From the NCBI GenBank assembly GCA_963705985.1, contig CAVPLK010000003.1, positions 1,624 to 65,623 on the forward strand: 64,000 bases of DNA, in the 5' to 3' direction. The notes under the pieces are model-generated. The model had not been told where the DNA came from. It ran no database searches and saw only the letters and a program-made list of their open reading frames with translations. The DNA comes from an uncultured Gemmatimonadales bacterium. Lineage in GTDB: Bacteria > Gemmatimonadota > Gemmatimonadetes > Gemmatimonadales > GWC2-71-9. The translations under genes and the position numbers were made by a program. Shown here piece after piece: positions 18,138 to 28,557 of the stretch (positions within the stretch are counted from its first letter, which is position 1; each line of letters opens with the position of its first letter).

Positions 18138-19021
18138 CTGCTCGCCTTCTCGACGGCAAGGCCCTCGGCCACGCCATCCGTCAGGAAGTCGCCGCCGACG
18201 TCGTCACGCTCGCCAAGGCCGGAATCAAGCCGGGCCTGGCGGTGGTGCTGGTCGGCGAGGACCCCGCCAGCCAGGTGTACGTGCGGAGCAAGGGACGCGC
18301 GTGCGAGGAGGCGGGAATGCATTCCGTCACCATCCGGCTCCCCGACACCGCGTCGCAGGAGGAGTTGCTGGCGACCATCGACCGGCTCAACGCCGACCCG
18401 GCCATCCACGGCATGCTGGTCCAGCTGCCGCTGCCGAAGCGGATGGACAGCGACAAGGTGCTCCGCCGCATCAATCCGCTGAAGGACGTCGACGGGTTCC
18501 ATCCCGAAAATGTCGGCAAGCTGGTGACCGGCGACCCGACAGCCTTCCGCCCCGCCACCCCATACGGCATCCAGCAGATGCTGATCCGCTCGGGCATCGA
18601 GACCAAGGGCGCCCACGCGGTCATCGTCGGGCGGTCGAACATCGTCGGCAAGCCGATGGCCAACCTGCTCATCCAGAACGGCCCCGGCGGCGACGCCACC
18701 GTCACCGTCTGTCACTCGCGCTCGAAAGACCTGCCGTCTCTCACCCGCCAGGCCGACATCCTGATCGTCGCGATCGGCAAGGCGGAATTTCTCACCGCCG
18801 ACATGGTGCGCCCGGGGGCGGTGGTGATCGACGTCGGCATCAACCGGGTGGACGATGCCACGCGGGAAAAGGGCTATCGCCTCTGTGGCGACGTCGCGTT
18901 CGAGCCGGTCGCCGCCATCGCGTCGGCCATCACGCCGGTGCCCGGCGGCGTCGGTCCAATGACGATCGCCATGCTGCTCAAGAACACCCTGCAGGCCGCC
19001 GAACTCACGCGGGCAGGGTGA
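18134..19021 (+). CDS. folD: Bifunctional methylene-THF dehydrogenase/cyclohydrolase
   Basis: [39 protein letters not shown]. Confidence 0.97.
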   Translation: MTARLLDGKALGHAIRQEVAADVVTLAKAGIKPGLAVVLVGEDPASQVYVRSKGRACEEAGMHSVTIRLPDTASQEELLATIDRLNADPAIHGMLVQLPLPKRMDSDKVLRRINPLKDVDGFHPENVGKLVTGDPTAFRPATPYGIQQMLIRSGIETKGAHAVIVGRSNIVGKPMANLLIQNGPGGDATVTVCHSRSKDLPSLTRQADILIVAIGKAEFLTADMVRPGAVVIDVGINRVDDATREKGYRLCGDVAFEPVAAIASAITPVPGGVGPMTIAMLLKNTLQAAELTRAG

Positions 19022-19031
19022 GGCGGATGGC

Positions 19032-20195
19032 GTGAGCCTCCCCTCCCTCTTCGGCGACGGCGAGCTCCCGGAGGAGCTGACCGTCGCGGAGCTCAATCGT
19101 CGGGCCAAGAGTGTGGTGGAGGGGGCGTTCGGCGGTTCGGTGTTCGTCCGCGGGGAGCTGGTCGAATTCAAGATCTGGCGCAGCGGCCACTGGTACTTCA
19201 CCCTCCGCGACGCGGACGCCTCGATCCGGTGCATGCTCTGGAAGCAGCAGGCGGCAGGCGTGCTCAAGCGGCACGGGCAGGCGCCGGCCGACGGCATGGA
19301 AGTGCTGGTCCGCGGCCGGCCCACGCTCTGGGAGGAGAAGGGAGAGTACCGGCTCACCGCCTCCGACATCATCCCCACCGCGCTCCTGGGGTCGAAGGCC
19401 CTCGAACTGGCGCGGGTCCGTGCTGCGCTCACGGCCGATGGTCTCCTCGCCCCCGAGCGCAAGCGCCCGCTGCCCGCGTTCGCCCGCCGGATCGCCGTCG
19501 TCACCAGTCCCGACGGGGCCGCCCTCCGCGACATGATCATCGTCACCCGCAACCGCTGGAGCGCGGTGGAGTTGATCCTGGTCCCCGCACAGGTGCAGGG
19601 AGATGGGGCGGTCGCTTCGCTGGTCCACGCCCTCGAACTGGTGAACCGGATCGACGGCCTCGACGCCTGCATCATCGGTCGGGGCGGCGGGGCCAAGGAA
19701 GACCTCGGGGCCTTCAATGCGGAACCGGTCTGCCGGGCACTTGCGGCGGTCCGGGTGCCCACCATTTCCGCCGTGGGCCACGAGACCGACATCTCGCTCT
19801 CCGACCTGGTGGCGGACGTGCGCGCCGCCACGCCCTCGGCGGCTGCCGAAATCGTGGTGCCCGACCGGGCGGCGCTCCTGCACCGGGTGGACGGCCTCGG
19901 CGTGCGCCTGGGCGCGGGACTACGCCGGCGGACCCGCGTGGCGGAGGAGCGGTTGTCGCGCACCGGCGACCGCCTCCAGTCTGCGCTCGGCCGCCTGATC
20001 GAAGTGCGGCGGCATCGCGTCGAACGCGCCGCCGCCCAGCTGGACGCCTTGAGTCCGCTCCGCGTGCTGGCGCGGGGGTACGGCGTGGCACAGGACGATG
20101 CGGGACGCGTGCTCTCGCACGTGACAGATTTTCCTTCGGGCCGGCCCTTCCGACTGCGCGTCAGCGACGGGTCGGTCCCGGCACGCGCGGAGTAG
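19032..20195 (+). CDS. xseA: Exodeoxyribonuclease VII large subunit
   Basis: SGHWYFTLRD, VVTSPDGAA..D, RGGG, SAVGHETD, ATPSAAAE, LSPLRVLARGY. Confidence 0.95.
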   Translation: MSLPSLFGDGELPEELTVAELNRRAKSVVEGAFGGSVFVRGELVEFKIWRSGHWYFTLRDADASIRCMLWKQQAAGVLKRHGQAPADGMEVLVRGRPTLWEEKGEYRLTASDIIPTALLGSKALELARVRAALTADGLLAPERKRPLPAFARRIAVVTSPDGAALRDMIIVTRNRWSAVELILVPAQVQGDGAVASLVHALELVNRIDGLDACIIGRGGGAKEDLGAFNAEPVCRALAAVRVPTISAVGHETDISLSDLVADVRAATPSAAAEIVVPDRAALLHRVDGLGVRLGAGLRRRTRVAEERLSRTGDRLQSALGRLIEVRRHRVERAAAQLDALSPLRVLARGYGVAQDDAGRVLSHVTDFPSGRPFRLRVSDGSVPARAE

Positions 20196-20200
20196 ACCCC

Positions 20201-20437
20201 ATGGCCAAACAACCGTCCGAGACACCCACCCTGCAGGACGACCTCCGGCGGCTGGAGGAAATCGTCCGCCGGCTCGAGGCCGACGATGCCGATCTCGACG
20301 CCGCCCTGCTTCTCTTCGAGGAGGGCGTGGTCCGGCTCCGCGCGGCGCGGGAACGGCTGGCGGAGGCCGAGGCACGGGTCAAGAAGGTGGTCGAGCAGGC
20401 CGACGGGGGCGTGGGGCTTGTCGATCTCGACGGCTGA
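20201..20437 (+). CDS. xseB: Exodeoxyribonuclease VII small subunit
   Basis: LEEIVRRLE...LDAALLLFEEGV...LAEAEARV. Confidence 0.92.
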   Translation: MAKQPSETPTLQDDLRRLEEIVRRLEADDADLDAALLLFEEGVVRLRAARERLAEAEARVKKVVEQADGGVGLVDLDG

Positions 20438-21332
20438 TTCCGACGCCGGTCCGCTGCTCACCGAGTCCCGCGACCGGACCGACGCGATTCTCGAGGCGTG
20501 GGCAACCCGGCTGGAGGCGGAACTGCCCGGCACCCTGGGGACGGCGATGGCCTACGCCCTCCGGAGTCCCGGCAAGCGAGTCCGGCCAGCGCTCGTCATC
20601 GCGGCCTATCGGGCCTGCGGCGGCACCTCGGTGTCGATCGGCGGAGTGGCCGCGGCGGTCGAAACGGTGCACACCTACTCGCTGGTTCACGACGACCTGC
20701 CCTGCATGGACGACGATGACCTCCGCCGGGGCCGACCCACCACCCACCGCCAGTTCGACGTCGCCACCGCCACGCGCGTCGGGTTCCTGCTGGTGCCGGT
20801 CGCGGCGCGGGTCCTCGTCGAATCCTGCCGCACGCTCGGCCTCTCCGATGCGGAAACGGGGGCGCTCGCCTCGGAGCTCTTCACAGCCAGCGGGATCATC
20901 GGCATGGTCGGCGGGCAGTGGCTCGATCTCGAGGCCGAAGGCCGGAGCCTCGCGCTGGAGGAACTCCGTGCCGTCCACCGGGGGAAGACCGGCGCCCTGA
21001 TCGAGGCCTCCTGCGTCATCGGCGCGCTGGCCGCGCGGGCGTCGGATCGCCAGCTGGACGCCCTGCGGACCTTTGGACGGGAAATCGGCCTCGCCTTCCA
21101 GGTGGCCGACGATGTCCTCGATGCGACGGCCACCAGCGAGGAGCTCGGCAAGACGGCCGGAAAGGACGCGGCCGTGGCCAAATCCACCTATGTGCAGCTG
21201 CTCGGGGTGGAAGGCGCCCGAGGAGCGGCCACCGGGCACGCGGAGGCGGCGGTGAACTCCCTGGAACGCTCCGGAGTCCCGTCGGGCACGCTCGCTGCGC
21301 TCGCGCGCTATATTGTGACTCGACGCCACTGA
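20418..21332 (+). CDS. ispA: Farnesyl-diphosphate synthase / polyprenyl synthetase
   Basis: GKRVRP, HDDLPCMDDDDLRRGRPT, GQWLD, KTGAL, FQVADD; TTG start tentative. Confidence 0.92.
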   Translation: MSISTADSDAGPLLTESRDRTDAILEAWATRLEAELPGTLGTAMAYALRSPGKRVRPALVIAAYRACGGTSVSIGGVAAAVETVHTYSLVHDDLPCMDDDDLRRGRPTTHRQFDVATATRVGFLLVPVAARVLVESCRTLGLSDAETGALASELFTASGIIGMVGGQWLDLEAEGRSLALEELRAVHRGKTGALIEASCVIGALAARASDRQLDALRTFGREIGLAFQVADDVLDATATSEELGKTAGKDAAVAKSTYVQLLGVEGARGAATGHAEAAVNSLERSGVPSGTLAALARYIVTRRH

Positions 21333-21348
21333 CACAGGATCGCGACTC

Positions 21349-23247
21349 ATGGCACTGCTCGATACCCTGAACGGCCCCGACGACCTCAAGCGCATTCCCC
21401 GGGAAGAACTCCCGGCCCTGGCGCAGGAGGTGCGTGATCGACTGATCGACTGTGTCTCCGTCACCGGCGGCCACATCGGCGCCAGCCTGGGCGTGGTCGA
21501 ACTCGCCATCGCCCTGCTCTACGAATTCGATTCCCCCAGCGACAAGGTCCTCTGGGACGTCGGCCATCAGGCCTACGCCTGGAAGCTGCTCACGGGGCGG
21601 AACGCCGATTTCCCGACCCTCCGCCAGACGGACGGCTTGTCCGGCTTCCTGAAGCGTTCCGAAAGCGTCCACGACCACTTTGGTGCGGGCCACGCCGGCA
21701 CCGCGATGTCGGCGGCGCTCGGCATGGCCACCGCCCGCGATCTCAAGGGTGGCGACAACAAGGTGGTCGCCGTGGTGGGCGACGGCGCCCTCACCTGCGG
21801 GCTTTCGTACGAAGGGATGAACAACGCCGGCCACTCCGACACCGACATCATCCTCATCGTCAATGACAACGGGATGAGCATCTCGCCCAACGTCGGCGCC
21901 ATCAGCCGTACCCTGGGCGGCATCGTCGCCAATCCGCTCACCAACAAGGTGCGGGAACGGGTCAAGGGCCTCACCGTGGCCGCCTCCCGGGTCTTTGGCG
22001 ACCGGGTGGTGGACTTCGCCAAGAATCTCGAGGAAAGCGCCAAGAACCTCTTTTCCGACGGGATGTTCTTCGAGGAGATGGGCTTCCGGTATTTCGGGCC
22101 GATCGACGGCCACGACCTGAAGAAGCTCACCGAGACGCTCCGGTTCGTCCGCGCGCTCAAGGGGCCGCGGGTGGTCCACGTGCTCACGGAAAAGGGAAAG
22201 GGGTTCGCCCACGCGGAGGAGAACCGCGAGAAGTGGCATGGCCTGGCCGCATACGATCCGGTCACCGGCGAGGCGCGCAAGCCGACCAGCGGACCACCGG
22301 CCTGGACCAGGGTGTTCGGCGAGGCCCTCGTGGAGCTGGGCCGGGAATATCCCGATTTCGTGGCCATCACCGCGGCAATGCCCAGCGGCACCGGCACCAA
22401 CATCTTCCAGCAGGCCTGGCCGGCGCGTTTCTTCGACGTCGGGATCGCCGAGGGGCACGCGGTCACCTTCGCGGGTGGGTTGGCCACGCAGGGGATTCGG
22501 CCGGTCGTGGCCATCTACAGCACCTTCCTGCAGCGGGCCTACGACAACATCATCCACGACATCGCGGTGCAGCATCTTCCCGTGGTGTTCTGCATGGATC
22601 GCGCGGGGCTGGTGGGCGAGGACGGCCAGACCCACATGGGGCTCTACGACATCGCCTACATGCTCGCGGTCCCCGGCATGACGGTGACCGCCCCGAAAGA
22701 CGGAGACGAACTGATCGGGCTCCTCAAGACGGCGTTGCGGCACGAGGGCGGGCCGTTCTGCACCCGGTACCCGCGCGACAAGGTGCCGGTCGATCCGAGT
22801 CCCGTGTCCGGCGTGGCGCCGGTGCCGTACGGCACCTGGGAAATGCTGCGTCAGGGCCGGGAGGTGGCGATTCTCGGGGTCGGCACGATGGTCCAGCCCA
22901 GTCTCGACGCGGCTGACCTTCTCGGGGCCGAAGGGCTCGATTGCACCGTCATCAACGCTCGCTTCCTGAAGCCGCTCGACCGCGCCATGCTCGAGGGATT
23001 GCTCGCCGAGCATCGCGTGATCGTGACGGTGGAAGAGGGCACGGTCGTGAACGGCTTCGGCGCCTACCTGGCCGAGACGGTCCAGGCGATTGCGCCGAAC
23101 GTCCGGGTCATCGCGCTGGGCGTGCCCGATCGCCTGGTGGAGCAGGCGCCGCGCGCGGATCAGCTCGCCGCCTTCGGCCTCACCGCCGAGGGGATCGCGC
23201 GGCGGGTGACGGCGCTGCATGGCGAGGAGTCGGTCGAGGCCCGATGA
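21349..23247 (+). CDS. dxs: 1-deoxy-D-xylulose-5-phosphate synthase
   Basis: GGHIGASLG, WDVGHQ, GDGALT.G, DVGIAEGH, YSTFLQRAYD, DRAGLVGEDG. Confidence 0.97.
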   Translation: MALLDTLNGPDDLKRIPREELPALAQEVRDRLIDCVSVTGGHIGASLGVVELAIALLYEFDSPSDKVLWDVGHQAYAWKLLTGRNADFPTLRQTDGLSGFLKRSESVHDHFGAGHAGTAMSAALGMATARDLKGGDNKVVAVVGDGALTCGLSYEGMNNAGHSDTDIILIVNDNGMSISPNVGAISRTLGGIVANPLTNKVRERVKGLTVAASRVFGDRVVDFAKNLEESAKNLFSDGMFFEEMGFRYFGPIDGHDLKKLTETLRFVRALKGPRVVHVLTEKGKGFAHAEENREKWHGLAAYDPVTGEARKPTSGPPAWTRVFGEALVELGREYPDFVAITAAMPSGTGTNIFQQAWPARFFDVGIAEGHAVTFAGGLATQGIRPVVAIYSTFLQRAYDNIIHDIAVQHLPVVFCMDRAGLVGEDGQTHMGLYDIAYMLAVPGMTVTAPKDGDELIGLLKTALRHEGGPFCTRYPRDKVPVDPSPVSGVAPVPYGTWEMLRQGREVAILGVGTMVQPSLDAADLLGAEGLDCTVINARFLKPLDRAMLEGLLAEHRVIVTVEEGTVVNGFGAYLAETVQAIAPNVRVIALGVPDRLVEQAPRADQLAAFGLTAEGIARRVTALHGEESVEAR

Positions 23248-24113
23248 ACGTCGGCGTCTGCGGTAACCACCGGTACACCGAGCTCCGGGGCATGCTGGCG
23301 CAGCTGGTGGCGCTTGCGCCCGAACGGGGGATCACGCTGTTCGCGGAGCCGCTGCTCGCCGACCTCTGGCCCGGCGCCGTCCCGCCCGACCTCGACGCGG
23401 CCCCGCTGGATGCGCTGCTGTCGTTCGGTGGCGACGGCACGCTCCTCCGCGGGGCGCGCATGCTCGAAGGGCGTGGCGTGCCGATCCTCGGCGTCAATCT
23501 CGGCAAGGTCGGCTTCCTCACCAGCGTCTCCCGCAACGCCATGCCCGCGGCGCTCGACGCCCTCGTCGGCGGTCGGTACATCACCGAGCCGAGGCAGGCG
23601 CTCAAGGCGGTCATCCAGGACGCCGAGGGTCACTCCACCCCGCTCGACCTGGCCCTGAACGACGTGGTGGTGCACAAGGGCGGCGTCGCCCGGGTCATCC
23701 GGCTCGATGTCGAGGTGCAGGGGGAGAGTGTCGGCCCCTACAGCGCGGACGGGATCATCGTCGCCACTCCGACCGGGTCGACCGCCTATTCACTCAGCGC
23801 CGGGGGCCCCATCGTGGTCCCCGGCGTGCAGGCGCTCGTGATCACGCCCATTTGCGCCCACACCCTCGCGGTACGCCCCCTGGTCTTCCCCGCATCCTGG
23901 GATGTCGTGATCCGGCCGGTGGACCCGGACGAGCCCGAAGTCATCGTGTCGGTCGACGGCCAGGTCGTGACGCATCTCGGCGCGGGAAGCCGGGTGCGGG
24001 TGCAGGTGGCGGAATCGCCGGTGAAGCTGGTCCGCGTCGGGCCGGAAGGGTATTTCCAGCGGATGCGCCAGAAGCTGCATTGGGGCGACCTCACCGACCG
24101 CTCGCCGATCTGA
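23244..24113 (+). CDS. nadK: NAD kinase
   Basis: GGDGTLL, GKVGFL, LND, ATPTGSTAYSLSAGGP. Confidence 0.95.
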   Translation: MNVGVCGNHRYTELRGMLAQLVALAPERGITLFAEPLLADLWPGAVPPDLDAAPLDALLSFGGDGTLLRGARMLEGRGVPILGVNLGKVGFLTSVSRNAMPAALDALVGGRYITEPRQALKAVIQDAEGHSTPLDLALNDVVVHKGGVARVIRLDVEVQGESVGPYSADGIIVATPTGSTAYSLSAGGPIVVPGVQALVITPICAHTLAVRPLVFPASWDVVIRPVDPDEPEVIVSVDGQVVTHLGAGSRVRVQVAESPVKLVRVGPEGYFQRMRQKLHWGDLTDRSPI

Positions 24114-25777
24114 TGCTCACCGAACTCCGGGTCCGCGATGTGGCGACGATTGCGGACGTCACCCTCGCTCTCGGACCCGGCCTGAACGTCCTCACCGGCG
24201 AGACCGGCGCCGGCAAGTCCATCCTGGTCGATGCGCTCGGCCTCCTGCTGGGCGGCCGGGGCGACAGCGGCGTGGTGCGTCCCGGTGCCGGTCGCGCCGT
24301 GGTGGAGGGAGCGTTCGAGGGACTCTCGCGCACCCTGACGCGCCGGGTGGAAGCGCTCGGCGTGGACGTCGACGAAGGACGGATCGTCATCCGCCGCGAG
24401 GTCAGCGCCGAGGGGCGCTCCCGCGCCTGGATCAACGGCAGCCCCGCCACGGTGGGGGTGCTCGCCGCGCTTGGCGCGCAACTCGTGGATCTGCACGGGC
24501 AGCACGAAACCGTCTCCCTCCTCAAGCCCGATACCCAGCGCGACATCCTGGACGCCTACGCCCAGGCGGGCTCGGAGCGGGAAACGGTGGCCGCGGCCTA
24601 CGAGGCGCTGGCGGCGCTGCGGGCGGACGAAGCCGGTCTGGGGTCGCGGCTCGAGGAGGTTCGCCGCCGGGCCGACTACCTGAAGCATCTCACCGACGAA
24701 ATCGCCGCCGCGCGCCTGACGCCGGGGGAAGACGAGGCGTTGGCGCTGGAGGCCAAGCGGCTGGCGCACGCCGGGGCGCTCGAGGAGCAGGCGCGCGTCG
24801 TGTCGGAAGCCATCGACGGAGACGACGCCGGGGCCTTGCGCTCGCTGACCGCGGCCGAGCGCGCGCTGGGGCAGCTGGAGCGAGTCGACCCGTCGGTGTC
24901 GGTGTGGCGCGAGCTGCTCGACGGCGCGTACGCGCAACTGTCCGAGGTGGCCCGGCTGGCTGCCGCGTATGCGGAGGAAGTCGAACGAGACCCGACCCGG
25001 CTCGAGTCGGTGGAGCGCCGGCGCGACCTCCTCTTCCGGTTGCAGCAGAAGCACGGGGGGACGCTCGAGGCGGTGCTGGAGACTCATCGTACCGCGACCG
25101 CGGAGCTCGAGCTGCTCGACACGGCCGATGTGGACCTTCGGGCGCTGGCGACAAAGCGGCGCGTGGCGGAAGCGGCGGCCGGCGCGGCGGCGGAACAGCT
25201 CACCGAGAAGCGGAAGGATGCCGCGGGACGGCTGACGCGCGCGGTTGGGCGCTTGCTCCCCAAGCTGGGCTTGGCGGGCGGGAAATTCGAGGTGGTGCTG
25301 ACGCCGCTGTCGGCACCGGGTCCCGATGGCGCCGAGGGGATCCAGTTCACCGTGCGCCTCAACATCGGACTCGACGGACAGCCCATCCAGAAGGTGGCGT
25401 CGGGCGGCGAGCTTTCTCGCCTGATGCTGGCGCTCGAAGTCGTGGTGGCGAAGCACGATCGCATCCCGACCTTCGTCTTCGACGAGATTGACCAGGGGAT
25501 CGGCGGCGAAGTCGGGGGGCAGGTGGGGCAGGCGCTCGCCGACGTGGCCACGGAGCATCAGGTGCTGGTCATCACCCACCTGCCGCAGATCGCGGTGCGC
25601 GCCGATCGGCATCTCGTGGTGTCGAAGGGCGTGGAAGGTGGGGTGGCAACCAGTCGGGTGGAGACGATCCTCGGGGAGGACCGCGTCACCGAAATTGCCC
25701 GGATGCTGGGGGACCCGGACGGTGCGGCCGCCCGCCGGCACGCCGAGGAAATGCTGGGAAGGACCTTGAAGGTCTAG
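24113..25777 (+). CDS. recN: DNA repair protein RecN
   Basis: TGETGAGKS Walker A, ASGGELSR, FDEIDQG, ITHLPQ. Confidence 0.96.
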   Translation: MLTELRVRDVATIADVTLALGPGLNVLTGETGAGKSILVDALGLLLGGRGDSGVVRPGAGRAVVEGAFEGLSRTLTRRVEALGVDVDEGRIVIRREVSAEGRSRAWINGSPATVGVLAALGAQLVDLHGQHETVSLLKPDTQRDILDAYAQAGSERETVAAAYEALAALRADEAGLGSRLEEVRRRADYLKHLTDEIAAARLTPGEDEALALEAKRLAHAGALEEQARVVSEAIDGDDAGALRSLTAAERALGQLERVDPSVSVWRELLDGAYAQLSEVARLAAAYAEEVERDPTRLESVERRRDLLFRLQQKHGGTLEAVLETHRTATAELELLDTADVDLRALATKRRVAEAAAGAAAEQLTEKRKDAAGRLTRAVGRLLPKLGLAGGKFEVVLTPLSAPGPDGAEGIQFTVRLNIGLDGQPIQKVASGGELSRLMLALEVVVAKHDRIPTFVFDEIDQGIGGEVGGQVGQALADVATEHQVLVITHLPQIAVRADRHLVVSKGVEGGVATSRVETILGEDRVTEIARMLGDPDGAAARRHAEEMLGRTLKV

Positions 25778-25789
25778 CGTCTCCTCGGC

Positions 25790-27355
25790 CTACTCCGTCG
25801 GCGCTCCCCAGAACCGGAATGGCCACCGGAACCCCATCCGGATCGTGCCCGCCTTGGGGACCACCCCGCCGCTCGCCGATATCACCCCCTCATAGACCCA
25901 GAATCCGTCGAGCGGCACCTTGGCGCCGGCCTGCGTTGGCGCGTAGCTGAGGCCGCCGCCCACGATGGTCGCGGTGCGCTCGGTATCGGTCGCCAGTTCG
26001 CCTGCGCTCACGCCGGGAATCGCATCAGTGGCCGAGGTGTATTCGACCGCGTCGGCACCGCGGGACCAATACCGGAATATGCCGACGATGGCGAATCCCG
26101 GTGCCAACTGGAGGTACGGCAGCGCGCTGAGGGAGAGCTCGTTGCCCGGGTCCGTCGTGACCGTCGCCAGCCGGTTTGCCCAGGGAATCGGCTGGCTGGG
26201 GAGGGTGACCCGTCGGTCGCTGGTCAGCGAGAGCTGATCGTTGTAACTCCCGGTGATTCGCGCGCCAAACTTCCCGCCTCCGACGTCCGCCGTCACCGCG
26301 ACCTGAACATCGGTCTGGCCACCTCCCGTGGGAAGGCTCACGAAATTGTTCGGCAGCGGCTGGTAGCCGGTCGGGAGTCGCACGAGCGCCTGGGCGACGA
26401 GCCGGAGCCCGCCGGGGTGTCCGGGCCGGTTCCACCGGTCGATGAAGGTGTACGTCGCCCCCAGCTCGACGTCGCCGAGGAGGAAACTCGTGACGTTGTC
26501 AAAAGAGGAAGCGCCGATGGACCCGGCGGGATTGGTCAGGTAGGACTGGTACTCCGACGAGGTCAGCGCGGTGGCGGGGAGGGGAAGGGGCTGAGTGAAC
26601 GACGGGATGCCGAGGACGGCCAGGTTGGCCTGCGTGGTGGTGACCGCGCCTGCCATCGTCTGGCCGGCGGCGCTCCCTGCGAGCGGCACGAAGTCGCCGG
26701 CCTCTCCCGGCACGACGAAGAGCGATGCGAGATTGGCCCAGTAGACGGTGCCACTGGCGAGTGTCGCCACGGCCAGCACGCTGTCGGTGGGGTTTCCGCT
26801 GTAGTAGCCGGTCTGGAGGCGCAGGTCGAGGGTGTCGAGCGCCGCCTTGTAGTCGGCCAGGAAGAGGTTCACGGAATCGGCGCCGGCGGCGGTGCCGAAG
26901 ACGGGGTCGGCGGGGTTGAAGCCGGTGTTCGCCCCCGTGGTGTCGAAGCCGTAGGTGATCTGTACCTGCTGGCGCACGACGGGGACGACGCCGAAGAGAC
27001 TGAGCCTGGAGGTGAGGCCGATGGCGGCCGAGAGCAGGAGCGTGCCGACACTCGCCTGCGCGTGCATCGTGGCGCCGCCGACGCTCAGGGCGTAGCCGGG
27101 ATTGCCGGTGAGGTTGGCGATCTGCGCCTGATTGGAGGAGAGCTCCGGATAGAAGGCGGTGCCGATCGTCGGCGCAGTGAACTGGGCGCGGTAGGGTTGC
27201 TCCGTGCCACCAACGTACTGGTTGCCGGTATTGGCGAAGTCGCCGCCGATGCCGAAGCGGACGATGCCGCGCGGCACGCCGATTTCGGGCAGTTGCGCGG
27301 TGGCTGGGGTGGTCAGCAGGATCGCGAGGGCGATCCCCTGGATGCATTGCCTCAA
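25790..27355 (-). CDS. Exported hypothetical protein, probable outer-membrane beta-barrel
   Basis: Signal peptide (MRQCIQGIALAILLTTPATA-Q), alternating aromatic/hydrophobic strands, C-terminal MGFRWPFRF; GGAGG upstream of TTG. Confidence 0.7.
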   Translation of the reverse strand: MRQCIQGIALAILLTTPATAQLPEIGVPRGIVRFGIGGDFANTGNQYVGGTEQPYRAQFTAPTIGTAFYPELSSNQAQIANLTGNPGYALSVGGATMHAQASVGTLLLSAAIGLTSRLSLFGVVPVVRQQVQITYGFDTTGANTGFNPADPVFGTAAGADSVNLFLADYKAALDTLDLRLQTGYYSGNPTDSVLAVATLASGTVYWANLASLFVVPGEAGDFVPLAGSAAGQTMAGAVTTTQANLAVLGIPSFTQPLPLPATALTSSEYQSYLTNPAGSIGASSFDNVTSFLLGDVELGATYTFIDRWNRPGHPGGLRLVAQALVRLPTGYQPLPNNFVSLPTGGGQTDVQVAVTADVGGGKFGARITGSYNDQLSLTSDRRVTLPSQPIPWANRLATVTTDPGNELSLSALPYLQLAPGFAIVGIFRYWSRGADAVEYTSATDAIPGVSAGELATDTERTATIVGGGLSYAPTQAGAKVPLDGFWVYEGVISASGGVVPKAGTIRMGFRWPFRFWGAPTE

Positions 27356-27381
27356 TCATCCTCCGGCGGTACTCTCTCGAT

Positions 27382-28530
27382 GTGACCCTCAACTCCTTGC
27401 TTCGGCTCGCAAGTTCGCTCTTCGAGGCCTCCTTTGCCAGTCGCCCGGCGGCGGGTGCCTCGGCCCCCGGCCGCGTCAACCTGCTGGGGGAGCACACCGA
27501 CTATAACGGCGGGCCGGTGCTGCCCTTCGCGGTACCCCGGCGGACGGTCGTGCTCGCTGGGCGGGCCGAGGGGTGGACGGCGGTGTCAGCGGTGGATGGG
27601 ATTCCGCTCCGGTTCGACCCGGCGGCGGCCCCCGAGGGGCGCTGGACCGACTACCTCGGTGGCGTGGTGCGGGTGCTGCAGGATGTCGGCGCCGCGCCCG
27701 CCGGCGCGCGCCTCGCGGTCGCCAGCGCGGTACCCATCGGCGCGGGGTTGTCCTCCTCGGCGGCGTTGTCGGTGGCGGCGGCCCGTGCGCTGTCGCAACT
27801 GGCCGGCCGCCGGCTCTCCCGGGAGGCGCTTGCGGAGGTCGCCTATCACGCCGAGCACGATGTCGTTGGTGTGGAGTGCGGGCGGATGGACCAGATGATC
27901 GCGGCGCACGCGACGGCGCGGCATGCGGCGATGATCGAGACCGCGGATCGGACCGTCGCGCAGATTCCCTTCGATGTGCCGGTGCTGCTGGTGGAGACGG
28001 GCGTGTCACACCGCCTGGCGGACAGCGAATACAACCGTCGCCGAGCAGAGTGCGGCGCGGCGCTGGAGGCGTGCCGTGCGGCGGGGGTGGATGCGGCCGA
28101 GCTGGCGTCGGTGCCGGAGGTGGAGCTCCAGCGGCTGGCCGGCAAGATGGAGGCGGTGCTCTTTCGCCGGCTCCGGCACGTGGTGCGCGAGACGGCGCGC
28201 ACCCGCGCCGCGGCGCGGGCCCTGCGTGCCGGGGACACCGTGCGGATGGGGCAACTGCTGCTCGAGGGGCATGCCTCGATCCGTGACGACTTCGAGTCAA
28301 GTTGTGGCGAGGCGGACCGGATCGTGGAGAGCGCGGCGCGGCACGGCGCCTGGGGGGCTCGGCTGACGGGGGCGGGGTGGGGCGGAACGGTCCTGGTGCT
28401 CGCGCCGACGGAACGGATGGCGCCGCTCGCGAAGGCGGTGGCGGCCGACTACCGGCGGGAGACCGGCCGGGCGCCGGTCACCTGGAAGGCGAAGGCGTCC
28501 GGCGGGGTCCGGAGCGAGCGGGTTGGGTAG
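27382..28530 (+). CDS. galK: Galactokinase (GHMP kinase)
   Basis: APGRVNLLGEHTDYN, PIGAGLSSSAA, CGRMDQ, GARLTGAGWGG. Confidence 0.92.
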   Translation: MTLNSLLRLASSLFEASFASRPAAGASAPGRVNLLGEHTDYNGGPVLPFAVPRRTVVLAGRAEGWTAVSAVDGIPLRFDPAAAPEGRWTDYLGGVVRVLQDVGAAPAGARLAVASAVPIGAGLSSSAALSVAAARALSQLAGRRLSREALAEVAYHAEHDVVGVECGRMDQMIAAHATARHAAMIETADRTVAQIPFDVPVLLVETGVSHRLADSEYNRRRAECGAALEACRAAGVDAAELASVPEVELQRLAGKMEAVLFRRLRHVVRETARTRAAARALRAGDTVRMGQLLLEGHASIRDDFESSCGEADRIVESAARHGAWGARLTGAGWGGTVLVLAPTERMAPLAKAVAADYRRETGRAPVTWKAKASGGVRSERVG

Positions 28531-28557
28531 CGGGGCCGGCCTCCGCTTCAGCCGCGG

